This document shows positions 37,021-45,240 of a stretch of DNA of 64,000 nt, piece after piece. Each line of letters opens with the position of its first letter. Position 1 is the stretch's first letter. The position numbers and the translations under genes were made by a program. Location: contig JBBFKX010000001.1 of assembly GCA_037481815.1 (NCBI GenBank), forward strand, positions 192,001 to 256,000. Reading direction: 5' to 3'. The notes beneath the pieces were generated by a model that saw only the letters and a program-made list of their open reading frames with translations, made no database searches and was not told the DNA's origin. This DNA comes from a candidate division WOR-3 bacterium (GTDB taxonomy: Bacteria; Hydrothermota; 32-111).

Positions 37021-39660
37021 TTGAAAAAATTTGTTTTTCTATTTTTAACTTTTCTGTTAACAATATCACTCAGCGCGAGTATGACTATTTACAATGTTGG
37101 TGAAAATAAAGTAAATCTCTATAAAGCGACAGATATTTTCAAATCATCGCTTGAATTTGAACTTGACAAATTTTATGTTGAGAAAGATGGAGAATATGAT
37201 TTAGTTAAAATTGATGGGTTTGACCAGTTCAGTTTTCAGGAAGGTTATCCCTCTTTACCTTTCATTATAAAAAATATTGCTCTACCTGATGAAGGGGATC
37301 TGGATTATAAAATTGAAATAATCGAAGAAATTGAGGTTTTAGGAAATTTTAATATAAAGCCATTACAGCCACCAGTTTTTGATGCTCCGGGTTTTAAACC
37401 GGAATTTTTAAAGGATGAATATTTTTATAGTTTAAATCAATTTTACCCTTCAAGCAATATAACAATTCTTGAACCAGCGGGAATAAGAGATGTAAGATTT
37501 TCAAAAGTATATTTTACACCTTTCAAATATAATCCAGTTACAAAAAAGTTAAAGTTGATAAAAAAAGCAAGAGTTACATTTTTTGTTAATACCTCTAAAT
37601 CAACTAATCCAATAACAAATTCTCCATTTCTTACTGAAGAGTTTGTTCCTTTGTACCAAGAATTTTTAAGTAACTTTGATGCAGTTTTGAAATTCAAAAA
37701 AATTGAAACACTTGAAGAAAGAAGCAGAAGAATTCAGGAAATTAAAAAATCTATTAAAGGAGATAATTTTTCAGCACCTGGTGATTATCTGATAGTTGTT
37801 GGTGGGACAACTTTGAGCACAAAAATAAAAACTTTTGCAACCTATAAAGCAAAATTAGGTTACAATCCTGTTATAATGCATCTTCCAAACTATTCTTCAT
37901 CAATTTTGATTAAAGATTCGATCCAGTATGCATATAACAATTGGTCTGTAAAACCAGTATACATTCTTATCGTTGGTGATGCTGATTCAACAAGAACACC
38001 ATCTGAAAGCTGGGTAGTTATGAGGCCGCTTTGGAAAGATTTTCGATCTGTTTATAATTATGGAATAAAAGCAGGATATGTTCCTGGAGACCATTGGTAT
38101 GCATGTTTGAATGATACAAGTTATTATCCTGATGCTTATATTTCAAGATTCAATGTCAAAGACACAATCACTTTAAACAACATAGTGAACAAAACTATAA
38201 AATATGAAACTAATCCACAACTCACTGGAAACACGGATTGGTTTACAACTTATGTTGCTGTTGCAGGGTATGAAACAGGAAGGATTTTTGATACAACCGC
38301 AACAAGAGTATGGAAAAATTATTTAAGACCGTATGGATGGACAGATTGGGATTCTTTGATCGAAACAGCAACATGGAGTCCGGGAAGAGCAGCAGTTTCA
38401 GATTCAATAAATGATGGACAGAACTTTATACTTTTCAGAGGACATGGTGCTGAGGGGTATGATGGTGATAGCGATGATGGTAAAGGTTTTGGTTGGATGG
38501 GTGGTGCTAACCAGAATTACAAAGATCTTTATACAAACGAAGATATCGCGATAAGGGCAAACGGTTATATGGGTGGATTTGTTTTTGCTCCAACTTGCCT
38601 GGCCGGTAACTATGCTTATCCAAACGATACCAACTCGATGGGTGATTACTGGACACATCTTTCTGCAACAAATGGTGGAGTTGGATATTTTGGAGCAACA
38701 AATGTTTCATTATCTTATTACAATGATTCGATGTCTCTTGGAGTTGGTAGAGCATTTGCAAATTATAACAATGTGATGCCTGATAGAACTTTTGGGAAAG
38801 TTACCAATTATGCAAAACTTTATATGGAGTCGTATGCAGGAACTGTTACATACTTTAGATTGGAAAACTATCTGATGAATACTCTTGGTGATCCTGCTGT
38901 AAAGATTTGGACAAAGATTCCAAAAAATTTAATCGTTTCACATGATCCTTCTGTTCAAACAAGAACGGATACCATAACAGTTACTGTAACTGATAATACA
39001 AAGGCAGCAGTTCCTGGAGCGACTGTTTGTCTATACGATACTCTTGAAACTCCAGCACTTCAGGTCGTTTCAACAACCGATGCAACAGGAAAAGCAACAA
39101 TAATAACAACCTATACAAAAACTGGCAGTGCATTCCTGACAGTTTCAAAACAGGACTATATTCCATATATGGGAACAGTTGCTGTAAATCAGGCAACAGA
39201 ACTTGCTGAAATTTCATTTACTGGAAAAGTTATAAATGGGAAAGTGATATTGAACTGGAATGTTTCAAATCCACTATCAGTGGATAAGTATAAAATTTAT
39301 AAAAACAACAAAGAGATAGCAACTCTTGAAAATACGAAAAAAGAATTCAAAGATGTTTTACTTTCAAATGAAACTAAAAAAATAGAGTATAAACTAGAAG
39401 TATTCTATCTCTCAGGAAAGAAAACCGAGTATAAGTTGCCATTGGTTGTTGATGCAAAAAAATCGGTTCAGTTTATTGAAAACAAACTGTATTTATCTAA
39501 TATTGAAAATCTAGTGATATACAATGTTTCAGGTCAAAGAGTAAAGGAATATTCAATAAACAGAACTTCAGCGCTCTTGGATATATCATTTCTTTCTTCT
39601 GGATTCTATATCATTAAAGCGGATAATCTTGAAAGCAAAAAAATCTTGATAGTTAAATAA
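37021..39660 (+). CDS. Gingipain-like C25 cysteine peptidase with propeptide and T9SS-like CTD
   Basis: Signal peptide, propeptide (GYPSLP, PFKYNPV), YILIVGD, catalytic FRGHG and TCLAG, LGDPA; CTD IYNVSGQRV...SGFYIIK. Confidence 0.9.
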   Translation: MKKFVFLFLTFLLTISLSASMTIYNVGENKVNLYKATDIFKSSLEFELDKFYVEKDGEYDLVKIDGFDQFSFQEGYPSLPFIIKNIALPDEGDLDYKIEIIEEIEVLGNFNIKPLQPPVFDAPGFKPEFLKDEYFYSLNQFYPSSNITILEPAGIRDVRFSKVYFTPFKYNPVTKKLKLIKKARVTFFVNTSKSTNPITNSPFLTEEFVPLYQEFLSNFDAVLKFKKIETLEERSRRIQEIKKSIKGDNFSAPGDYLIVVGGTTLSTKIKTFATYKAKLGYNPVIMHLPNYSSSILIKDSIQYAYNNWSVKPVYILIVGDADSTRTPSESWVVMRPLWKDFRSVYNYGIKAGYVPGDHWYACLNDTSYYPDAYISRFNVKDTITLNNIVNKTIKYETNPQLTGNTDWFTTYVAVAGYETGRIFDTTATRVWKNYLRPYGWTDWDSLIETATWSPGRAAVSDSINDGQNFILFRGHGAEGYDGDSDDGKGFGWMGGANQNYKDLYTNEDIAIRANGYMGGFVFAPTCLAGNYAYPNDTNSMGDYWTHLSATNGGVGYFGATNVSLSYYNDSMSLGVGRAFANYNNVMPDRTFGKVTNYAKLYMESYAGTVTYFRLENYLMNTLGDPAVKIWTKIPKNLIVSHDPSVQTRTDTITVTVTDNTKAAVPGATVCLYDTLETPALQVVSTTDATGKATIITTYTKTGSAFLTVSKQDYIPYMGTVAVNQATELAEISFTGKVINGKVILNWNVSNPLSVDKYKIYKNNKEIATLENTKKEFKDVLLSNETKKIEYKLEVFYLSGKKTEYKLPLVVDAKKSVQFIENKLYLSNIENLVIYNVSGQRVKEYSINRTSALLDISFLSSGFYIIKADNLESKKILIVK

Positions 39661-39671
39661 TCAAACAAATC

Positions 39672-39699
39672 TTCAGGGTGGGATAACTCCCACCTTGAA
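39672..39699 (+). terminator. Hairpin after the C25 gene
   Basis: TTCAGGGTGGGA-TAAC-TCCCACCTTGAA (one G-U pair); overlaps the TTGAAA-N16-TATAAT promoter (39695-39722) of the next gene. Confidence 0.55.
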
Positions 39700-39732
39700 A
39701 TCCCTGAAAAGTTTTATATAATTTTTTTGAAT

Positions 39733-41337
39733 ATGAGATTTATTTTCGTATGCGTCCTTTTTTTCTATTTTCATTTCTTGAATTCAAAAGTTGTTTTCAA
39801 TGAGGTCATGTTCAATGTAAAAGGAAATGAATCTGGTATAGGTTCACCAGGTGATAGAAATGAATTCATTGAACTTTATAACGATTCATCAGAGAGTGTC
39901 AACATACTGAATTATTATTTTTATGATGGTTCTTCAAAAGATTACATAACACTTTATCCTGAAACTTTAAAATATCCAGGTGGTATTGTAGGAGAATCTT
40001 TGGTTCCACCTTGTTCATATATTGTTGTTCTTGATCCAGAGTATACACAGATAGGGGATAGTGTTAATTATATGATTTACAACATACCCGATTCTGCTTA
40101 TGTTTTCACAATTTCAAATACAACATTTGGGACATCTGGTCTCTCATCCTCAACTTCTCTTTATCTTTATAATAAAAATGATAGTTTACAAGATACTTAT
40201 GGAACACCATCTTTAGAGGACTCTTTCCCTTACCAGACAAAAGATGGTTATTCTTTCGAAAAAAAGAATCCTGTTTTCCCTGATGGAAAAATCTATTATT
40301 CTGAATCGGTTGATTCAACGGGAAATACAATAGGAAGAAAAAATTCTATTTTTATATCAGGAGCGATTATCGATTCTTTTAAACTTGTTGAAGAGAGTTC
40401 AAAAAAGTTTTTTTTAGTTTACTTTTCTGGAGATTTTGAAAACGATGAGTTTATAGTAGAATATGAAAATTTTATCGATAGTTTTGAGATAGATGAGAAT
40501 TATCAAAAGATAGAACTTTCAGAAAATGAAAGGGTGTTCAATTTTTATACTCTTGGAGAAAAACAAAAAAGAACCTATATATATGATCAAGAAGTCAACC
40601 CCGGTTCAATCAGTTTGAACGAGTTTATGGTAAAAGGTTTTGAATGGCTTGAGATTTATAACCCGTATAAAATCGACTTCAATTTTGAAAATTTAACATT
40701 GTCAACATTGAACGATTCTGTTGTACTAAAAAACGGAGTAATTCCAAAAGATTCATACCTAGTGGTAACTTCAGATTCGATCACTTTAAAAACTTATTTT
40801 CCATATATAAAAATGAACATATTTCAGACAGAACTTTTTTCTTTACCTGATAGAGAGGATACATTTGTTTTAAGATATCTAAATTTTGCACTCGATTCTG
40901 TTATAAGAGGTTTTGAAAATAAAACTTCTTCGATTGAAAGAATCAACTATCTTGTTGAAGGATACAGGAAGGATAACTGGGACAACAGCATCAATTATTT
41001 GAACGCGACACCTTCATTCAAAAATTCGATCTCCTATTCATTGCCTTTAAACGAAGATTCGATTTCTATTTTTCCAGTAATAATTGACAAAAATAGTCCG
41101 GTACTTTTTATAAATTATAAAACGGATATGTACAAAGCGACTTTAAACATAAAAATTTTTGATCAGATGGGAAAAGAAATTTATTCACCTTATATAGATT
41201 GGATCAGTTCGTCACAGGAAAATCTTTATATCAAAAATTTGAACTCACTTTTAAAATCGGGTCTTTACATCTTATATTTTGAACTAAAAAATGAAAGCAA
41301 AATTGTAAGGAAAAATTTTCTGTTTTATGTAAGATAA
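39733..41337 (+). CDS. Secreted protein with two lamin-tail (LTD)-like domains and CTD-like tail
   Basis: VVFNEVMFN...EFIELYN and SLNEFM..EWLEIYN; tail KIFDQMGKEI...SGLYIL. Confidence 0.75.
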   Translation: MRFIFVCVLFFYFHFLNSKVVFNEVMFNVKGNESGIGSPGDRNEFIELYNDSSESVNILNYYFYDGSSKDYITLYPETLKYPGGIVGESLVPPCSYIVVLDPEYTQIGDSVNYMIYNIPDSAYVFTISNTTFGTSGLSSSTSLYLYNKNDSLQDTYGTPSLEDSFPYQTKDGYSFEKKNPVFPDGKIYYSESVDSTGNTIGRKNSIFISGAIIDSFKLVEESSKKFFLVYFSGDFENDEFIVEYENFIDSFEIDENYQKIELSENERVFNFYTLGEKQKRTYIYDQEVNPGSISLNEFMVKGFEWLEIYNPYKIDFNFENLTLSTLNDSVVLKNGVIPKDSYLVVTSDSITLKTYFPYIKMNIFQTELFSLPDREDTFVLRYLNFALDSVIRGFENKTSSIERINYLVEGYRKDNWDNSINYLNATPSFKNSISYSLPLNEDSISIFPVIIDKNSPVLFINYKTDMYKATLNIKIFDQMGKEIYSPYIDWISSSQENLYIKNLNSLLKSGLYILYFELKNESKIVRKNFLFYVR

Positions 41338-41381
41338 ATCTGTATTGACCTTTTTATCTTTATATATTATATTAGTTCCTT

Positions 41382-41858
41382 ATGAAAAAAGATGATAATT
41401 ATTTTATGGAAAAGGTTTTAAAAGAAGCACTGAAAGCAAAGAAAAGAGGGGAGATCCCGATCGGTGCAGTTATCGTTAAAAATGGAGAAATAATTTCAAA
41501 ATCTTATAACAGAGTTGAAACCAAAAAGAGTTCAATTATGCATGCTGAACTTGATGCGATAGTAAAAGCACAGAAAAAATTAAAAGATTGGCGCCTTGAA
41601 GGTTGCACAATCTATACAAATGTTGAACCGTGTTTGATGTGTGGTTTTGCGATCGTTCTTTCGAGAATCGATAGACTGGTTTTTGGTTGTAGAAACAAAA
41701 AGTTTGGGGGTATATATTCATTGATAAATCTTGAAAATCTTAAAACAAACCATAGATTAAAAGTAAAAGAGGGTGTTTTAAAAGAGGAATCGATAAAAAT
41801 TTTGAAAGAATTTTTTAAAGAACTCAGAGAAAAAGGAGAGGTGGTCGAGCTGGTTTAA
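41382..41858 (+). CDS. tadA: tRNA-specific adenosine deaminase
   Basis: EIPIGAV, HAE, EPCLMC, LKEFFKELR; the last 24 nt overlap tRNA-Ser(CGA). Confidence 0.9.
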   Translation: MKKDDNYFMEKVLKEALKAKKRGEIPIGAVIVKNGEIISKSYNRVETKKSSIMHAELDAIVKAQKKLKDWRLEGCTIYTNVEPCLMCGFAIVLSRIDRLVFGCRNKKFGGIYSLINLENLKTNHRLKVKEGVLKEESIKILKEFFKELREKGEVVELV

Positions 41859-41922
41859 GGCACCGCACTCGAAATGCGGAGTATCCGAAAGGGTACCCCG
41901 GGTTCGAATCCCGGCCTCTCCG
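41835..41922 (+). tRNA. tRNA-Ser(CGA)
   Basis: GGAGAGG/CCTCTCC acceptor, G73, arm CCGCA-CT-CGA-AA-TGCGG, long variable arm, GTTCGAATC. Confidence 0.94.
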
Positions 41923-41953
41923 CATTTATTTTGAAATTAAAAAAGGAGTAAAT

Positions 41954-43174
41954 ATGGGAAACGGGAAAAAACTTGACAGAGAGATGAAGAAAGCGTTTCT
42001 GATAATCACTCTTTTTGGATTGATCAGTTTGTTCGGTGATATAATTTATGAGGGAGCAAGGGGGGTTAATGGGCCATACTTAAAAATTCTTGGTTCAAAT
42101 GCAGCACTACTTGGACTGATAATCGGTATCAGTGAGTTTATCGGTTATGGACTCAGATTCTTTTCAGGTTATCTTTCGGATAAAACAAAGGCACACTGGG
42201 TTTTCCTTTTTTTAGGTTATTCTTTGCTTATATCTATTCCTTTGCTTTCATTAACAGGTATCTGGCAGATAGCAGCGGTTTTAATCGTGCTTGAAAGGTT
42301 GGGTAAAGGTTTGAGAAGTCCTGCAAGGGATACTTTAGTTTCATTTGCAACAAAGAAAGTTGGAACAGGAGTTGGTTTTGGTATCTCAGAGTTTTTTGAC
42401 CAGATCGGTGCAACAACAGGGCCTTTAATATTTTCTTTATTTTTTCTTTCAAGAGGTGTTGGGGAAAGAAGTTTAAACGATTACCAGTCAGCATATAGAA
42501 TAATGTTTATTCCTTATTTGATTCTTATAGGTATCATTGTTTCAGTATATTTTATATACAAAGGTTATAAAGTTGAAAGTGGTGAAAGAAAAATTGAAAA
42601 TGAAGGTTTATCAAAACTTTTCTGGCTCTATTCTCTGTTCACATTTACAACAACATTTGGTTTTGTTAACTTTGCTTTGATCGGTTATCATATGAAGGAT
42701 TCAAAAATAGTATCAGATAACCTGATACCACTTTTTTATGCTGTTGCCATGCTCGTTGATGCTGTTTTTGCAATCATAATAGGAAAGGTATACGACAATT
42801 TTAAGGAAAATTCAAAGAAAGAGGATGCTGGGTTAAACCTTCTGGTTGTTATCCCAATACTTACAACTTTTATTATTCCTCTTGCGTTCTCTATGAACTA
42901 TTATTTTGTTCTGACAGCTGTTATCATCTGGGGAATAGTTATGGGAGCACATGAGACGATTATGAAGGCTGCTATAGCTGACATAACTTCAATCAAAAAA
43001 AGGGGAACCGGTTATGGAATTTTTAACCTGATATATGGTCTATCTTTTTTCCTTGGAAGTAGTTTTGTTGGATTTTTATATGATTTTTCAAAAGGTATAT
43101 TGGGGACATTTTTGATAATTTCACAGGTAATTTCAATATTTTTGTTCTTTGTATTAAAGAAGAATCTTTCATAA
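41954..43174 (+). CDS. MFS transporter
   Basis: About 12 TM helices; GYLSDKT motif A, ERLGKGLRSPARD. Confidence 0.9.
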   Translation: MGNGKKLDREMKKAFLIITLFGLISLFGDIIYEGARGVNGPYLKILGSNAALLGLIIGISEFIGYGLRFFSGYLSDKTKAHWVFLFLGYSLLISIPLLSLTGIWQIAAVLIVLERLGKGLRSPARDTLVSFATKKVGTGVGFGISEFFDQIGATTGPLIFSLFFLSRGVGERSLNDYQSAYRIMFIPYLILIGIIVSVYFIYKGYKVESGERKIENEGLSKLFWLYSLFTFTTTFGFVNFALIGYHMKDSKIVSDNLIPLFYAVAMLVDAVFAIIIGKVYDNFKENSKKEDAGLNLLVVIPILTTFIIPLAFSMNYYFVLTAVIIWGIVMGAHETIMKAAIADITSIKKRGTGYGIFNLIYGLSFFLGSSFVGFLYDFSKGILGTFLIISQVISIFLFFVLKKNLS

Positions 43175-43184
43175 AAATAGATTA

Positions 43185-43212
43185 TTGACAAGAAAGATGA
43201 TTTAAATATAAT
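43185..43212 (+). promoter_or_regulatory. sigma70 promoter TTGACA-N16-TATAAT of tRNA-Ser(TGA)
   Basis: Perfect hexamers at 43185-43190 and 43207-43212. Confidence 0.75.
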
Positions 43213-43221
43213 GGAGCAAAC

Positions 43222-43305
43222 GGAGGATTAGTCTAATTGGTAAGGCAGCGGATTTGAAATCCGCCGGGTGATGAGCCCTTGGGGGTTCGAGTCCCTCATC
43301 CTCCG
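43222..43305 (+). tRNA. tRNA-Ser(TGA)
   Basis: GGAGGAT/ATCCTCC acceptor, G73, arm GCGGA-TT-TGA-AA-TCCGC, variable arm, GTTCGAGTC. Confidence 0.9.
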
Positions 43306-43321
43306 TTTTTTAAAAAAACTA

Positions 43322-43349
43322 TTGACTTAATTAAATTTTAGTATATTAT
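43322..43349 (+). promoter_or_regulatory. sigma70-like promoter TTGACT-N16-TATTAT; gives the RRM gene a ~160-nt leader
   Basis: Hexamers at 43322-43327 and 43344-43349. Confidence 0.55.
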
Positions 43350-43438
43350 ATTTTTAATGAAAAATTTTAGTAATAAAAAAAGTTCGGAAGTGTTTGATGT
43401 TTCAAAAAGTTTTTAAGGGAAGGAATATTTCCAATTAA

Positions 43439-43846
43439 AATAGATTCTCAGATGAAAATGAAATTAGGCGATTTTCCATATATAAAATTCAATTCAAAAA
43501 AGAAAAAGGAGAACAAATGAAGATTTACGTAGGTAATCTATCTTTCTCATTGACAGAGGAAGAACTCAAAAAAGAATTTGAAGTATTTGGTGAAGTGAAC
43601 TCAGTTACAGTTATCAGAGACAGAGAAACAAACAGATCGAAAGGGTTCGGTTTTGTTGAAATGGCTGATGACAGTGCACAGAAAGCGATTAATGAATTAA
43701 ATGGAAAAGAAGTTGCAGGAAGAAAACTGGTGGTAAACCAGGCGAAACCAAGAGAGGAAGGATTTAGAAGGCCAAGAGGAAATAGTTTCAGAAGAGGTAG
43801 ATAAGAAAAAGGAAAAATCGCCTAATATACTTCTTTTGAATCTATT
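43439..43846 (+). repeat. Bipartite long-range inverted repeat flanking the RRM gene
   Basis: AATAGATTC (43439-47) pairs with GAATCTATT (43838-46); ATTAGGCGATTTTCC (43463-77) pairs with GGAAAAATCGCCTAAT (43811-26). Confidence 0.8.
43517..43804 (+). CDS. RRM (RNP) RNA-binding protein
   Basis: RNP2 IYVGNL, RNP1 KGFGFVEM, Arg/Gly-rich tail. Confidence 0.95.
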   Translation: MKIYVGNLSFSLTEEELKKEFEVFGEVNSVTVIRDRETNRSKGFGFVEMADDSAQKAINELNGKEVAGRKLVVNQAKPREEGFRRPRGNSFRRGR

Positions 43847-43872
43847 GACATTTGGTCTTTAAAATATATAAT
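43845..43872 (+). promoter_or_regulatory. sigma70 promoter TTGACA-N16-TATAAT of the lipoprotein operon
   Basis: Perfect hexamers at 43845-43850 and 43867-43872; AGGAGG SD before ATG 43891. Confidence 0.75.
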
Positions 43873-43890
43873 TTTCCAAAAGGAGGTTTT

Positions 43891-44154
43891 ATGAAGAAAG
43901 TACTCTTAGGTATTCTTGCATTTTCATTTTTACTTTTCGTTTTTACTGGATGCACAGACACACAGATGAAAACAGATGTTCAGAAATTGCAGGATGATGT
44001 TGCAAAACTTCAGGAAACAGTTACCAAACTTCAAACAACGGTTGATTCTTTAAACATGAAATTGATGCCAAAAGAAGAAGTGAAATCAACAACAGGTGCA
44101 CCAACAAACACAACAGATAAACCAGTAAAAGCTGCACCACCAAAAACAAAGTAA
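43891..44154 (+). CDS. Small coiled-coil lipoprotein (Lpp-like architecture)
   Basis: Lipobox FTGC, heptads VQKLQDD-VAKLQET-VTKLQTT-VDSLNMK, Pro/Thr/Lys tail ending in Lys. Confidence 0.75.
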   Translation: MKKVLLGILAFSFLLFVFTGCTDTQMKTDVQKLQDDVAKLQETVTKLQTTVDSLNMKLMPKEEVKSTTGAPTNTTDKPVKAAPPKTK

Positions 44155-44163
44155 GGAGGAAAG

Positions 44164-44709
44164 ATGAAAAGATTGTTAACAGTTTTATTCGTTTTAGTTT
44201 TGGTTTTTGCTGGCTGCTCAATAATTCAACCACCAGTTGTTGATCACTCTGAAACAGTTGAATATTATTCAGACATAACACTTTACGATTTTGATCAGGC
44301 AGGTCCATCAGGATTCTGGATTTCAAATGACGAAACAGGACAGGGTGAAGCAATTTCTGTTACAGGTAATGGTGAAGTTATTGATTTCTATTATAATGAT
44401 AGAGATTATACTTCTGGAGCATACTTTGTTTCAGCGGATGGTGATTCAGAAGTTTATTACTGGGGCTCAGAAAATGATCCAAAGACAACATATTTTGAAG
44501 TTATTTCTGACACATCTGTAACAACAGCACCAGCAACGATGACTGGAATTTCAGTTGTTGTTAACGCTGATGCATGGTACTGGGTAAAATTTGAAAATGG
44601 TTGTTATGCAAAATTACATATAACCGAGTATGCATCACCTTATGATTTTGTAAAATTTGAATACTGGTATCAGACAGACGGAACAAGATATTTTGGTGTT
44701 GAAGAATAA
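44164..44709 (+). CDS. Lipoprotein, HmuY-like beta fold (tentative)
   Basis: Lipobox FAGC; C-terminal YWVKFENGCYAKLHITEY...VKFEY resembles HmuY-family C-termini. Confidence 0.6.
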   Translation: MKRLLTVLFVLVLVFAGCSIIQPPVVDHSETVEYYSDITLYDFDQAGPSGFWISNDETGQGEAISVTGNGEVIDFYYNDRDYTSGAYFVSADGDSEVYYWGSENDPKTTYFEVISDTSVTTAPATMTGISVVVNADAWYWVKFENGCYAKLHITEYASPYDFVKFEYWYQTDGTRYFGVEE

Positions 44710-44718
44710 CTAAAATTC

Positions 44719-44746
44719 AAGGAGGGTTAAAAAACCCTCCTTTTTT
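44719..44746 (+). terminator. Rho-independent terminator
   Basis: AAGGAGGGTT-AAAA-AACCCTCCTT followed by a T-tract. Confidence 0.8.
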
Positions 44747-44760
44747 ATTTTAATTGATTG

Positions 44761-45240
44761 ATGAAAAAAACATTTATTATTCTTTTTAATTTTATTTTGA
44801 TTTCATGCTCATTAAAAAATATTCAAACGATAGATGTTAAGAAATATTCGGATGTAAAAATATACAACAATTCTTTTAATTCACTATCCTCAATCTCAGT
44901 CCAAGATTCCATTTTAACAATCGATACGATATCAATATTTTCTGATCTCATCGTTTCATCTTATGTTTCCCATTCAATACTTTTTTTATCACCATCCAAA
45001 GACACTATTCTTTCAAAAGGAAATAAAAAAATCACAGGATTTTGTAATACAGGAAAAGAAAAATACGATATTCCACCAGAAGAAGGATATTTTGATATGG
45101 AGTATCCTGCAAAAGATAACTGGTATTTTGTTAAAACAAGTGATGAAAGGTATTTAAGAATTTTTGTTAAGGAGTTTTCACAAGATAGTTTGATACTTGA
45201 CATTGAACTTCTGAATGATACAATTTTGATCTTCCAATGA
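44761..45240 (+). CDS. Lipoprotein, distant relative of 44164
   Basis: Lipobox LISC; WYFVKTSDERYLRIFVKEF. Confidence 0.6.
   Translation: MKKTFIILFNFILISCSLKNIQTIDVKKYSDVKIYNNSFNSLSSISVQDSILTIDTISIFSDLIVSSYVSHSILFLSPSKDTILSKGNKKITGFCNTGKEKYDIPPEEGYFDMEYPAKDNWYFVKTSDERYLRIFVKEFSQDSLILDIELLNDTILIFQ

Noticed and set aside
43222..43305. Possible tRNA-Sec or opal suppressor
   Set aside because: The anticodon is TGA (reads UCA, Ser), not TCA; it has a 7-bp acceptor and an ordinary Ser layout.
43852..43890. Upstream TTG start for the coiled-coil lipoprotein
   Set aside because: Lies inside the promoter; ATG 43891 has AGGAGG and gives a proper signal peptide.
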